Sequence record: OL362041.1
From: Escherichia phage vB_Eco_OMNI12
DNA: 64,000 bases
Reading direction: 5' to 3' (one strand)
Both the position numbers and the translations under genes were made by a program. The notes under the pieces were generated by a model. The model did not search any database, was not told where the DNA came from, and saw nothing but the letters and a program-made list of their open reading frames with translations. Shown here one piece after another: positions 41,017-50,759 of this stretch (the stretch's first letter is position 1; the number at the start of each line of letters is the position of its first letter).

Positions 41017-41340
41017 TTAATCTTCTATGATATCTCTATCATATCCAAGTGAAATGAGAGTTTCTTTGAAGTGTTTAATGTTCTTTTGTCTAGAATCATT
41101 AATGAAAATGACTGGATAACGAATGTTAAGAGATGTGAATCCAGCGCGTTTAGCAAGAGATACAATCAGCGGACGATCATACTCAATCTTACCATTATTT
41201 GTAAGAACTTTATAGAAAGTAAAAGGAGCATTGAGCTCCTTTAGAAGTTTTGTAACTGATTGACATCCAGGACAACGACCTACTTCATCTGGAATTCCAT
41301 AGACTTCAATCTTATTCTTTAAGTTCGAGTTTTGTTCCAC
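41017..41340 (-). CDS. nrdH: NrdH-like glutaredoxin (CPGC redox motif)
   Basis: CxxC motif YGIPDEVGRCPGCQ; the track ATG gives an N-terminal extension overlapping the upstream ORF; a GTG with AAGGA SD near 41340 is more plausible; start uncertain. Confidence 0.6.
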   Translation of the reverse strand: MEQNSNLKNKIEVYGIPDEVGRCPGCQSVTKLLKELNAPFTFYKVLTNNGKIEYDRPLIVSLAKRAGFTSLNIRYPVIFINDSRQKNIKHFKETLISLGYDRDIIED

Positions 41341-41623
41341 GAGAAATAATTCCTTGGTAAGCCCAATAAGGAGGATTAACAGAATCCTCGCCAGAGTTTT
41401 CTTCAGGAAAATAAACCTGGATAACAAATCCAGATGCATCAAAGGTAAAATAAACCGTAGGCAGTTCACCTAACAATTCGGCACGAGCATTAATTTCTTC
41501 GAGATCTCGTTCACGTCCAGCCCAAAAACTAGGATTTAGACTACATTCGTAAAAATAATAGTCATTACCGAACATATCAAAACCCTTCCAACTCTCTACC
41601 ACATACCGCTCAAAACTAATCAT
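41312..41623 (-). CDS. Hypothetical protein (103 aa)
   Basis: ORF. Confidence 0.4.
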   Translation of the reverse strand: MISFERYVVESWKGFDMFGNDYYFYECSLNPSFWAGRERDLEEINARAELLGELPTVYFTFDASGFVIQVYFPEENSGEDSVNPPYWAYQGIISRGTKLELKE

Positions 41624-41625
41624 AA

Positions 41626-41841
41626 TTAAGCCTTTTTATCAAGAACAGAATTCAGCTTGTTAGTAATTTTATCCAGACGCTCATTGAACTCGCTAGAAGA
41701 TAAACCCTTTTCTGGAGAAATCAAACTAATCACGAAAAATATAGCAATAAAAGGAATAAGGAAAATAGCTCCAACTGCCATAAACAGAAAGAATGTTACA
41801 GTTGTAAGAAAATCAGCTAAACCTTTACGAAATTTATACAT
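41626..41841 (-). CDS. Small membrane protein (71 aa)
   Basis: Long hydrophobic segment. Confidence 0.45.
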   Translation of the reverse strand: MYKFRKGLADFLTTVTFFLFMAVGAIFLIPFIAIFFVISLISPEKGLSSSEFNERLDKITNKLNSVLDKKA

Positions 41842-41956
41842 ATTTTACCCTTAATTGATTAACCAAGCATTGATAAGCACTAAACTATACTGTGAATAAA
41901 ATTCTGGACCAAAATGAAAAATCATATCATTTATAGTATCCATAATGTAATTCAAT

Positions 41957-42427
41957 TTAATCATGTTTCCACACCCCATCGGTATTTGACCAAAGCCGCT
42001 GATTATCTGATCCTCTCCACAGCTTTTTGGTCGGAAGATTTTTCTCATACTTCCCATCAATAATAACATCAACATATTTAAGCATTTCTAGTTGTTTAAT
42101 ATCTTCAAACTTATATCCTGTCCACAACCAAATGCTTTTATTTGGATAAAGATTTTTTACTGTTTGAACAATGCAATGAATAACATCTCGATTATCAGGA
42201 TAGAGAGGGTCTCCTCCAGTTATAGTTAATCCTTCTATATAATCATTATTCAAACATTCAATTAATTGTTCTAGTGTTTCACCAGTGAATGGAATACCAT
42301 TTCTAGCATTCCATGTTGATTTATTATAACACCCTTCGCATTTATGCAAACAACCTGTAACGAAAAGAACGGTCCTGCATCCAGGACCATTCACAAAGCA
42401 GCACGGGTATATTCTGTCATAATTCAT
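41957..42427 (-). CDS. nrdG: Anaerobic ribonucleotide reductase activating protein NrdG (radical SAM)
   Basis: 156 aa; CxxxCxxC-type cluster GCLHKCEGCYN. Confidence 0.9.
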   Translation of the reverse strand: MNYDRIYPCCFVNGPGCRTVLFVTGCLHKCEGCYNKSTWNARNGIPFTGETLEQLIECLNNDYIEGLTITGGDPLYPDNRDVIHCIVQTVKNLYPNKSIWLWTGYKFEDIKQLEMLKYVDVIIDGKYEKNLPTKKLWRGSDNQRLWSNTDGVWKHD

Positions 42428-43256
42428 TTATATATTTCCAATTATAGCCTTCAACACTTTTACGTTCGCCATTTAAACATTTTAAAATATTTCCTTTGCT
42501 AGAAATATTAAAATATTTTGCTGCGTCTGGTATATAATTAAATGTTTTTAAAAGAACACCATCTTTATATGCGCCAAATAAATTAAGAGTATATTTTTCT
42601 CGAAGACGCTGATGTTTCCTTTTCATAACCTCAGGATTTGCATACGCCAACCTCAATGAATTTCTATGTTTTTCTTTTACTTCAGGTTTTTGCATTGCTA
42701 ACTTAGTTAGCCTGGAAATTTTATTTCTAACTTCGTCAGTTTTCATTGCATTTGACAAATTTAATAAAGTTTTATTTCTAACTTCAGGTTTTTGCATTGC
42801 TAACTTAGTTAGTTCTCTATGTCTTTTTCTAAAATCGTCATCCTTCCATATATTTTTCGATAATTTTGACATAGAGCGGTGAAATAATTCCTTTTCACTG
42901 GAATACAATTTAAAAATTTCATCCAATTCATCCGCATTAAATCTATCGGTATTCGAGTTTATCATTCTATGAAAGGCATAACACATTTTACTATTGCTTG
43001 TTTTAGCTAAATAGTAATGAGCTAACGCATGGTCATAATATGACAAATTAACAATATTCCATTTATCTGTTTTATATTCAGGAAATATAGATTTGGGAAG
43101 CACGTGATGTGCTTCCGTTTTTCCTTTTATTTTAGGATTATTATAATTTTTTGTTATCAAATCAACATATGACAATAGTAAATCATTATTTTCTTCAAAT
43201 ATTAAAGCTAATTTATCATTCACAAAATCGCAAGGATAAAATCTATCATAATTCAT
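42417..43256 (-). CDS. MobD-like HNH homing endonuclease (279 aa)
   Basis: HNH motif KTEAHHVLPKSIFPEY...WNIVNLS...H; between nrdD and nrdG as T4 mobD. Confidence 0.75.
   Translation of the reverse strand: MNYDRFYPCDFVNDKLALIFEENNDLLLSYVDLITKNYNNPKIKGKTEAHHVLPKSIFPEYKTDKWNIVNLSYYDHALAHYYLAKTSNSKMCYAFHRMINSNTDRFNADELDEIFKLYSSEKELFHRSMSKLSKNIWKDDDFRKRHRELTKLAMQKPEVRNKTLLNLSNAMKTDEVRNKISRLTKLAMQKPEVKEKHRNSLRLAYANPEVMKRKHQRLREKYTLNLFGAYKDGVLLKTFNYIPDAAKYFNISSKGNILKCLNGERKSVEGYNWKYINEL
42417..43256 (-). mobile_element. Free-standing homing endonuclease gene between nrdD and nrdG
   Basis: HNH ORF; its first 13 codons near-duplicate those of nrdG. Confidence 0.55.
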
Positions 43257-45070
43257 TGGTGTTTAACCCTATGCATGATTTCTTTATTTTTACCGAGATT
43301 AAATCCGCGTTCGTTCGGATTTCCCAAATAACCACATGTTCTTCTTATTGTATTCATCTTTTTAGGATCAGTTTCTCCACAAATAGAACAAACAAATCCG
43401 TTTTCAGTAGGAGTCATTTCATGGGTACTTCCACACGTAAAACATTTATCTACCGGCATGTTAACACCAAAATAATCTAAATGTTGTGCAGCATAATCCC
43501 ATACGGCCTCAAGACCTTTCAAGTTATTTTTCATATCAGGAAGTTCAACATAAGAAATGTGACCACCTGTCGCAATGAAATGATATGGCGCTTCACGAGA
43601 AATCTTTTCAAACGGAGTAATATTTTCTTCTACTGAGACATGGAAACTGTTAGTGTACCAGCCTTTATCGGTAACATCTTTTACGCTTCCATATTTTTCT
43701 GTATCGAGTTTACAGAAGCGATAACAAAGGTTTTCAGCAGGAGTCGAATATAAACTAAAAGCAAATCCGGTTCTTTCAGTCCACTGTTTAAGATGAGCAT
43801 TCATTTTAGTTAAAATTTCTCGTCCAATATCACGACCGACAAGAATATTCAATTCGTGAATACCAATGTATCCTAAAGACACTGAACTTCTACCGTTTTT
43901 AAATAACTCAATTATATCGTCATCAGGTTTAAGACGAACCCCAAATGCACCTTCTTGGTAAAGAATAGGAGCAACAGTAGCTTTAACTCCTTTTAAGGAA
44001 CTAATTCTACACATCAAAGCTTCAAAACATAAATCCATTCGTTCATTGAACAATTCAACAAATTTCTGTTCATTGAACTGTGTTCCAATATAAGAATCTA
44101 ACGCGATGCGAGGAAGATTCAGTGTTACAACACCAAGATTATTACGTCCATCAAGAATTTCATTACCAGTCGAATCTTTCCATACGCCCAAGAAACTACG
44201 GCAACCCATTGGAGAAACAGGAACAGATGAACCAGTGATAGCTTTATTGTTCTTAGCTGAAATAATATCAGGATACATCCTTTTGCTTGCACACTCTAGA
44301 GCAAGCTGCTTAATATCATAGTTCGGATCGTCTTTATAAAGATTAACACCTTCTTCAACGAACATAACAAGCTTAGGGAAAATAGGAGTTATTCCATCAC
44401 GACCAAGACCTTTAATACGATTTTTCAGAATTGCTTTCTGAATCATTCGTTCAGTCCAGTCAGTTCCTGTACCAAATGTAATTGTTACAAAAGGTGTTTG
44501 TCCGTTTGAACTAAAGAGAGTATTTACTTCATATTCATAAGCTTGGAATGCATCGTATACATCTTTTTCTGTTTTAGATTGAGCATAATTCAACACATCA
44601 GCGATTTGCCATTTTTCTGCATCCTCAATATGTTTTGCATAGGTGCGTTTAACATAAGGAGAAAGTACTTTATCGACATTAGCAAATGTAGTTCCGCCAT
44701 ATTGGTGAGAAGCAACCTGTGCAGTAATTTGTGCCATAATTGCAGTAGCAACGCCAATTGATTTAGGAGTTTCAATCTGTGCATTACCAAGCTTAAATCC
44801 GTTCTCAAGCATTCCTTTTAAATCTACTAAACAGCAATTAGTAAATGGAAGAGCAGGGGAATAATCAATATCATGGAAATGAATAATTCCGCTTTCATGC
44901 GCTTTCATAATAAAAGACGGGACCATATTTTTGGCAATGTGTTTAGACACAATACCAGCCATAAGGTCCCGTTGAGTTGGAAAAACACGAGAATCTTTAT
45001 TAGCATTCTCGTTTAAAAGGTCTTTATTAGTTTTATGAATCAATCCTTCAATTTCTTTTTCAATTGTCAT
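43253..45070 (-). CDS. nrdD: Anaerobic ribonucleotide reductase NrdD (glycyl radical enzyme), intronless
   Basis: Continuous 605-aa ORF; C-terminal glycyl radical motif RRTCGYLG; Cys-rich zinc site. Confidence 0.95.
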   Translation of the reverse strand: MTIEKEIEGLIHKTNKDLLNENANKDSRVFPTQRDLMAGIVSKHIAKNMVPSFIMKAHESGIIHFHDIDYSPALPFTNCCLVDLKGMLENGFKLGNAQIETPKSIGVATAIMAQITAQVASHQYGGTTFANVDKVLSPYVKRTYAKHIEDAEKWQIADVLNYAQSKTEKDVYDAFQAYEYEVNTLFSSNGQTPFVTITFGTGTDWTERMIQKAILKNRIKGLGRDGITPIFPKLVMFVEEGVNLYKDDPNYDIKQLALECASKRMYPDIISAKNNKAITGSSVPVSPMGCRSFLGVWKDSTGNEILDGRNNLGVVTLNLPRIALDSYIGTQFNEQKFVELFNERMDLCFEALMCRISSLKGVKATVAPILYQEGAFGVRLKPDDDIIELFKNGRSSVSLGYIGIHELNILVGRDIGREILTKMNAHLKQWTERTGFAFSLYSTPAENLCYRFCKLDTEKYGSVKDVTDKGWYTNSFHVSVEENITPFEKISREAPYHFIATGGHISYVELPDMKNNLKGLEAVWDYAAQHLDYFGVNMPVDKCFTCGSTHEMTPTENGFVCSICGETDPKKMNTIRRTCGYLGNPNERGFNLGKNKEIMHRVKHQ

Positions 45071-45540
45071 TTTAAACTCTTTCTAAGCTGCTTCTTAAAT
45101 GAAGCTATTAACTGTGTTTTGGTGTCAGATTCATTATATTCAAATCCTCTTTGAAGCATCTCGGCCATCATTTCCTCTTTTCCTAAACGAGAAAATTCCT
45201 TTGATTTATCTCCAACAAAGTTAGGGTGAATATTATTTTGGGTGTAATCGGATTTTAAATAAGTAAGTAAATTTTCTAACCATTCAAGATAATCAACACC
45301 TTGTCCCTTTAAGCCAGAACGATTAAATTTATGCTTCATTTGACCTTCTGCGGCATTGCAGAGATTACAAAGCAATCCACGTATCTTTCCTGCTTTTGGT
45401 CCATTTAATTCATGGTCATGATCAAGATGATTAGCTTGAACATCAGGATTTAGTTCTCGTTGGCAAATTAAACATTTACCGTTTTGTGCATCATAAAATT
45501 TCTGTTTTTCTTCTTTATATAATTTGCCAGTCAATAACAT
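45067..45540 (-). CDS. 49: Endonuclease VII (Holliday junction resolvase) gp49
   Basis: 157 aa as T4 gp49; Cys-rich HNH-type zinc motif. Confidence 0.9.
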   Translation of the reverse strand: MLLTGKLYKEEKQKFYDAQNGKCLICQRELNPDVQANHLDHDHELNGPKAGKIRGLLCNLCNAAEGQMKHKFNRSGLKGQGVDYLEWLENLLTYLKSDYTQNNIHPNFVGDKSKEFSRLGKEEMMAEMLQRGFEYNESDTKTQLIASFKKQLRKSLK

Positions 45541-45546
45541 AATAAA

Positions 45547-45571
45547 ACCCTTACCTTAAATAGATAAGGGT
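45547..45571 (-). promoter_or_regulatory. Hairpin sequestering the gene 49 Shine-Dalgarno
   Basis: accctta ... taagggt inverted repeat; TAAGGGT sits about 7 nt upstream of the gene 49 ATG. Confidence 0.5.
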
Positions 45572-45582
45572 ATTTATTATTT

Positions 45583-45759
45583 TTAAGTATTGTAAAACAT
45601 TCGATGCAATCGTTTATACTGTCGAATCATCTTTTTAGTAGGACGAGAATAGGTTCCTACGCAAGTTGTCATATGAGGGTCCGTAGAATGTCCTTTAATA
45701 AAAAGTTTCCAAACCTTACCGCCATTTAACTTTTCAGTATAAACCAATTCGGTTTTCAT
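45583..45759 (-). CDS. Small ORF (about 58 aa) whose C-terminus duplicates the Pin C-terminus
   Basis: Ends ...MIRQYKRLHRMFYNT versus Pin ...KIRQYKRLHQMFYNT; lies between 45-bp direct repeats; possibly a duplication remnant rather than a functional gene. Confidence 0.3.
   Translation of the reverse strand: MKTELVYTEKLNGGKVWKLFIKGHSTDPHMTTCVGTYSRPTKKMIRQYKRLHRMFYNT
45584..45628. repeat. 45-bp direct repeat, copy 1
   Basis: taagtattgtaaaacattcgatgcaatcgtttatactgtcgaatc; about 90 percent identical to copy 2. Confidence 0.6.
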
Positions 45760-45795
45760 TAAAATGTCCTGTCAGAAAAAGAATTTTGAGTTTTT

Positions 45796-46299
45796 TCAAG
45801 TATTGTAAAACATTTGATGCAATCGCTTATATTGCCGAATCTTTTGGTCAGAAAAAGAAATTTGAGTTTCAAGCCATTCAATGTACTCTGCGGCAGCTTG
45901 CATCAGGTTACCTTCATAGCCATCGTTATTTTCTTGCGCAGCTAATTTAGCTAATGCGTATGAAATACGTTCACCTTGAAAAGCGGCTTTAGGCTTCTGA
46001 ACATCTTGGCTAGTTCTCTCTACAACTTCTTCAATTTCACCATTTTCAACGGATTCAGTATTCCACAAACACCAGTATGTAATTGGCTTATCATAGATGT
46101 TAATAATCTTTCCGTCGGAAAGTTCAATTTCAATAATTCCAGTATCAGGTTCTATATCATCTTCACATTCTTTTACAAGTTCACGAACTTTAAAGACAGT
46201 ACCTGCACTAAGTTCCGGCCAGTAATTACATAGCCCTGTATCAACACGATTAATTCTAAACCACTTATCTACTGTAATCATGTCCCATCTCCATATCAA
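45796..46299 (-). CDS. pin: Pin-like protein (protease inhibitor position, 167 aa)
   Basis: Size and position next to gene 49 as T4 pin; track start is TTG. Confidence 0.5.
   Translation of the reverse strand: MIWRWDMITVDKWFRINRVDTGLCNYWPELSAGTVFKVRELVKECEDDIEPDTGIIEIELSDGKIINIYDKPITYWCLWNTESVENGEIEEVVERTSQDVQKPKAAFQGERISYALAKLAAQENNDGYEGNLMQAAAEYIEWLETQISFSDQKIRQYKRLHQMFYNT
45797..45841. repeat. 45-bp direct repeat, copy 2 (3-prime end of pin)
   Basis: caagtattgtaaaacatttgatgcaatcgcttatattgccgaatc. Confidence 0.6.
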
Positions 46300-46403
46300 T
46301 TAAGTCATTTATCGTTGGTTCATTATATACTGTTTCTTCATCAGTGTAAACCGGTTCTTCCGGCTCTGGCTCTACAGTTTCCCATCTAGCCGCCCACCAA
46401 GGT

Positions 46404-46613
46404 TTAACCCCGAAGCTTATTAAGTTCTTCATAATCAATCCAGGATTCTAATCCTGATGGCAAATCAGATTCAATTTCCCAAAGAAGCTCTTCAATTTTC
46501 TGAAGACGATCTAGTTCTTCGGCTGGAATAGTAACCATTGACGGAGCTCGTGATACATTAATATCGTAAATCATATTTACCCCAGTTTGACCATGCAATC
46601 GCCGTATTTCCAC
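46404..46613 (-). CDS. Hypothetical small protein (69 aa)
   Basis: ORF. Confidence 0.4.
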   Translation of the reverse strand: MEIRRLHGQTGVNMIYDINVSRAPSMVTIPAEELDRLQKIEELLWEIESDLPSGLESWIDYEELNKLRG

Positions 46614-46792
46614 TTAGAAATAGACTTTTCGCCATTAGAATAATAAACTTCGAGTTTAGCACGATTATTTTTAATTTGAATAACCTTGGCTGTCATCAAA
46701 GTTCCATACCCATAATAAACTGCAACTTCATCACCTACATATACCGCGCTTCCGCGATAATCATGAATATAGTCAGTTCCTTCGAGCATCAT
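46577..46792 (-). CDS. Hypothetical small protein (71 aa)
   Basis: ORF. Confidence 0.4.
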   Translation of the reverse strand: MMLEGTDYIHDYRGSAVYVGDEVAVYYGYGTLMTAKVIQIKNNRAKLEVYYSNGEKSISKWKYGDCMVKLG

Positions 46793-47052
46793 TTAAAATA
46801 TTCTCGCAGTTGGTCAAATCCACCAATATGACTTCCATCAGGAGCAAATACCTGAGGCATTGTTAAGCCGATTTGAGTATCACGACCTAGTTTAGTCAGA
46901 AGCTCAGCGATTTTCTCATCATCAAAAACACCTTTTTCCGGCATAATGTTGATAAATTCAAACGGCTGTTTCTTCACAGTCAAAAGACGTTTTGCATTAT
47001 CACAATACACACATTTGTGGATGTTGCTATCATAACCATATACTTTAAACAT
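46789..47052 (-). CDS. nrdC: NrdC thioredoxin/glutaredoxin (CVYC)
   Basis: 87 aa as T4 NrdC; redox motif CVYC. Confidence 0.85.
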   Translation of the reverse strand: MFKVYGYDSNIHKCVYCDNAKRLLTVKKQPFEFINIMPEKGVFDDEKIAELLTKLGRDTQIGLTMPQVFAPDGSHIGGFDQLREYFK

Positions 47053-47053
47053 A

Positions 47054-47296
47054 TTATTCCTTAATTCCTAGTACTTGTTTAAAAGTCTCGTCGTAATCAA
47101 GACTTTGACCTGTTTGTTCTTTATGTTTGTATATAATATCACTTACTTCTGATAGCATATTTTTATATGAACGAGTTAAAGCAGATTTAAGCACGCTGTA
47201 TCTATCAGGAAATTTACCATGTTCATTATAATAAGCTATTGCTAATTCACGGACTGCCTTTTCAGCAGCCTCCATATATTCTTTACGCTTGGTCAT
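47054..47296 (-). CDS. Hypothetical protein (80 aa)
   Basis: ORF. Confidence 0.45.
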   Translation of the reverse strand: MTKRKEYMEAAEKAVRELAIAYYNEHGKFPDRYSVLKSALTRSYKNMLSEVSDIIYKHKEQTGQSLDYDETFKQVLGIKE

Positions 47297-47298
47297 TT

Positions 47299-47688
47299 TT
47301 AATCCAAAATATTATTAGGCATTGGTTGAACACTCACAAGTTCTTTAAAGAACTCAGTAGAGTCAGGCAATTTAACCATTTCCGGAGCATGCTTACTGAA
47401 TTTATGTTTACATTGACGGCATTTATATTCAAGCTCTGGTTTACGCCAGTTAATCAACTGAACTTGTTCAGTACCGCATTCAGGGCAATTAGGAACGTTT
47501 TTAGAAGCTCTTTCACGTCGTTCAACCATAGCCATAATAGCATCCCATGCTGGAGGTTTAAAATCTAAATCGTCGCAGCCGTGAATCTTTCCACGCATTT
47601 CCATATCATCTTCCTCACCAGCCATAATAATTTTAATTAAACTGGAATTACTTGAAGCTGCAATGTCTTCTAATAAACGCTTTTTCAT
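47299..47688 (-). CDS. Zinc-ribbon protein (129 aa)
   Basis: CPECG ... CRQC motif. Confidence 0.5.
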   Translation of the reverse strand: MKKRLLEDIAASSNSSLIKIIMAGEEDDMEMRGKIHGCDDLDFKPPAWDAIMAMVERRERASKNVPNCPECGTEQVQLINWRKPELEYKCRQCKHKFSKHAPEMVKLPDSTEFFKELVSVQPMPNNILD

Positions 47689-48614
47689 TTCAATACCTCA
47701 ATAGCATTACGTAAACCATTTGCTTTTGCATTAAGAGCTTTTAACAATTTGGTGTGTTCTGCAATTTGGGCTTCAACTTCAATCAAACGGGCATTGAGAT
47801 ATTCACGTTCTTCACTCAGATTATCAACCTTTTCTACTTTAGGCTCTTTTACAACTGTCTTATATGTATTAGGGTTCTTCAGTTTAATTAGAATGCGTGA
47901 ACTGTATAACATTGAACCATTATCTTCGGTTTCGTCATACATTTCCACTACGTCCATAATTTTTAACATCATGCGGAGTTTATAAGACAACGAACGAATA
48001 GTTTTGTTGTGCTTATTAATTTCTTTAGCTGTCATGGTGCCAAGATTACGTGAGTAATAATAAGGAACCTGGATATTAATTAATACTGATGAACCACCTG
48101 GCTTGTGTGTTACTTCATCAGCAATAACCCAGTCCTTAACATGAACTGTATTTGTACGGTCATCGCCCGCGGTAAATAGTTTGCGAGCATGCTTAAAAAG
48201 CATATTCACTTGGTCATTGAATTGACAAGCAAATTTATCAGCAAATTTAGTTTCAGGAATGGTAGAAAACCAATCAGCCAAATGAGTCTTTTTAACATCA
48301 TTAACAATAGTAAATTCAACCAAATCGGTTATAGATGTCTCAGATTTAATGAAGCTCGGCTTCATAAAGTTTTTAATGTTCTCATGAGCTACAGTAGAAG
48401 ATAACATACGAGAACGTTTAAACCATTCAAGCAAATTGCCTAACGAATGAGAATACGCATTTTGTGTATCTTTACAAATATGGTTTTCCCATCCAATATA
48501 GTCTAAAAAATCACGAAGAATATTATTGATTACTGCTCTGTGTCCTATCTGATAATTACGATGTTTAGTAATAAGACTGTCAAAATAATCAATATAATGT
48601 TTACGAGTTTTCAT
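47685..48614 (-). CDS. Paralog-family protein A with C-terminal coiled coil (309 aa)
   Basis: MKTR N-terminus, internal K.MDVV segment and coiled-coil C-terminus shared with neighbours. Confidence 0.55.
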   Translation of the reverse strand: MKTRKHYIDYFDSLITKHRNYQIGHRAVINNILRDFLDYIGWENHICKDTQNAYSHSLGNLLEWFKRSRMLSSTVAHENIKNFMKPSFIKSETSITDLVEFTIVNDVKKTHLADWFSTIPETKFADKFACQFNDQVNMLFKHARKLFTAGDDRTNTVHVKDWVIADEVTHKPGGSSVLINIQVPYYYSRNLGTMTAKEINKHNKTIRSLSYKLRMMLKIMDVVEMYDETEDNGSMLYSSRILIKLKNPNTYKTVVKEPKVEKVDNLSEEREYLNARLIEVEAQIAEHTKLLKALNAKANGLRNAIEVLK

Positions 48615-48666
48615 GTTCTTCTCACTTGGTTAATGATTTATACTCCGAGCCATCCTTGGCTTTAAA

Positions 48667-49668
48667 TTACTTAATTAACTGTAAAGCTTGTTCCAGACGA
48701 TCCAGGCGATTAACAGATTCTTCCCAAATCCTTTTAGACTGCTCATATTCTTTCTGTGCTTTATTAGAAATTTCTAGAACTTCTTTATAAGCTTTTTCTA
48801 ATGCAATAACTTCTGGACGAATTTCTACCGGTTCAGGTGAATCGTCAAGACATTCCATTAGTTCCTCAAGGGTGGTTTCTTCTTTAGGAGTATTCACAAT
48901 TTCATCACATTTTTGCTGGTAAATTTCTTTATCAGTCGGTGAGTACGCACACTTTACTTCACGAAGACTAACTACAATTTTATATCCTTCCCAGCCGCAT
49001 ATATTCTTAAAAGGATAAGTATGAATATTTTCTACTGTTTCCATACAAAGTAATGCGGTCTCTAATTGACGAGTTATAGTGCTAGCAATTGAGAAAAATT
49101 TATTAATGTTCTTTTGGTTAGTTTCTGGTGTAAAAAATCCATAATTCACAAAAAAGCTTACTTTATTTTTATCAAGTTCATATTCTTTTATGATAATCAT
49201 ATCAGAAGCCAAAGGATGAATTTGACGATAATCGCCATAACATAATTTAGAAGCTGATTTTAGAATCTGTCCTTTGAAAAGTCTGAAATTACTAATCCAA
49301 CGACGAGTAAAAATATTCTCAGGGTCTTCTTTATTATTAAGATGATAAGAATTAACATCACCGAACCAATTATATCCTACTACATCTTTGGTTCGTTTAA
49401 TTTCTTTCCCAAAATTACCAAGAATATCCCGATTAACCAAATATGAAAGAAGACGAGACTCTTTAAAGGTTTTCTTGATAACATCTTTATCTACACGGCT
49501 AGAAATTTTACGAATTTCATGAATAAATTTAGTAGAAGAAACAATACTTGCATCAACACTATTGAGCCATTGATTGATAATAGAAAGAACGCTATTTTGG
49601 CCAAACATCGGTATAGCTTTATCATCAATAACGCTATTGAATGATTTGATATATTCGTTACGAGTCAT
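48667..49668 (-). CDS. Paralog-family protein B with C-terminal coiled coil (about 333 aa)
   Basis: Track start is TTG inside a promoter; ATG at 49668 with GAGGAG SD. Confidence 0.55.
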   Translation of the reverse strand: MTRNEYIKSFNSVIDDKAIPMFGQNSVLSIINQWLNSVDASIVSSTKFIHEIRKISSRVDKDVIKKTFKESRLLSYLVNRDILGNFGKEIKRTKDVVGYNWFGDVNSYHLNNKEDPENIFTRRWISNFRLFKGQILKSASKLCYGDYRQIHPLASDMIIIKEYELDKNKVSFFVNYGFFTPETNQKNINKFFSIASTITRQLETALLCMETVENIHTYPFKNICGWEGYKIVVSLREVKCAYSPTDKEIYQQKCDEIVNTPKEETTLEELMECLDDSPEPVEIRPEVIALEKAYKEVLEISNKAQKEYEQSKRIWEESVNRLDRLEQALQLIK

Positions 49669-49696
49669 AATAATCTCCTCAGTAGAAAGTAAGAAC

Positions 49697-49726
49697 ATTA
49701 TACCACATCCTTGTGGCAAAGTAAAC
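49697..49726 (-). promoter_or_regulatory. T4-type early promoter, near-identical to the rIIA.1 promoter
   Basis: attataccacatccttgtggcaaagtaaac versus attataccacatccttgtggtaaagtaaac at 2428. Confidence 0.55.
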
Positions 49727-50751
49727 TAGTTCAGTGCATTTAGTGCATTGTTCAGTTTAGAACGTTGCTTTGTCAGATTTTGAACCCTTGACTGAGCTTG
49801 TTCTAACGCCTTTTCAACTTCTAGCATTTCATTGGTCGCTTTAACGAGTTCATCATCTACTGCCTTAAGAGACTTTTCAATCGCATCAGCGTGCCATTTT
49901 TCTACAGGTTTAAAATTTGAATTTTCAGTAGGAAGAAAACTCACTTTATTAAGTTTACATGCATCTATGTTACTTGAACTGTACATCCAACATTTAGGAT
50001 CGTTTGATAAGTAATTGGATAAATTTAAATTTAAGGTATCTTGCACTTCCTGCTTTTTCTCTTGAACAATTTCATCCTTTCTCAAAAATTCATATTTAAA
50101 TGAAACGATCATATCAAGTTCATATGTTGTTGTATGTTCCCAATTTCGCTCAAAACGAGGTAAAATCTTAGATTGAACAGCGGCAACAACATCCATATAC
50201 TTAAATGCTTCTGTCAACTGTGATTTAAGGCATTCACAAATTGAAAGAGAATTTTTTGTATTAGGTTTAAAGCTAATTCGTGCAGTTCTGTTATTTTCTT
50301 TTAATGGTCTTACTTCCATCTGAAGAGTATAACCATCAAATTTCAGGTTCTTTAAGTTAATATCAGAACCTTTTAATCGACTAGCCGTCGACAAAATTTG
50401 CTTTAATTGTCTACGGAACAGAGCAATAAATCTCCATTCAATACGATAATGATTTGGATTAAAAAATCCAGATGATAAATTAACCTTACTCTGACCAACG
50501 CCTTGAACAAATAGAGGATTTTTATAATCAATAGTTTTACCGAAATCGGTGAGCTGCTCACGAGCAGTCATTTGTGTAATATACCCCGCTTTACTAAAAT
50601 GACGTAACCATTCACTGCTATTCATATATTTAAAGTGAATATCACGATTAACTTTATCAGGGTCTAAATTATTTTGGCACAAAAATGTCATAACATCACG
50701 AGTATAGCTGGCATTACGAACCATATCTTCAATTTGAGAACGAGTTTTCAT
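49726..50751 (-). CDS. Paralog-family protein C with C-terminal coiled coil (341 aa)
   Basis: MKTR N-terminus; ATG with AAGGA SD. Confidence 0.55.
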   Translation of the reverse strand: MKTRSQIEDMVRNASYTRDVMTFLCQNNLDPDKVNRDIHFKYMNSSEWLRHFSKAGYITQMTAREQLTDFGKTIDYKNPLFVQGVGQSKVNLSSGFFNPNHYRIEWRFIALFRRQLKQILSTASRLKGSDINLKNLKFDGYTLQMEVRPLKENNRTARISFKPNTKNSLSICECLKSQLTEAFKYMDVVAAVQSKILPRFERNWEHTTTYELDMIVSFKYEFLRKDEIVQEKKQEVQDTLNLNLSNYLSNDPKCWMYSSSNIDACKLNKVSFLPTENSNFKPVEKWHADAIEKSLKAVDDELVKATNEMLEVEKALEQAQSRVQNLTKQRSKLNNALNALN

Positions 50752-50759
50752 AGTGTTCC

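Noticed and set aside
41017-41469. 150-aa extended form of NrdH
   Set aside because: The N-terminal 40 residues are hydrophobic low-complexity and overlap the upstream ORF; a shorter GTG-initiated glutaredoxin of about 107 aa is more plausible
41851-42075. 74-aa ORF overlapping the nrdG 3-prime end
   Set aside because: Alternative frame; nrdG is well supported
45553-45580. T4 late promoter (TATAAATA) for gene 49
   Set aside because: Only one-mismatch matches (TATTTATT on the plus strand) were seen; not annotated
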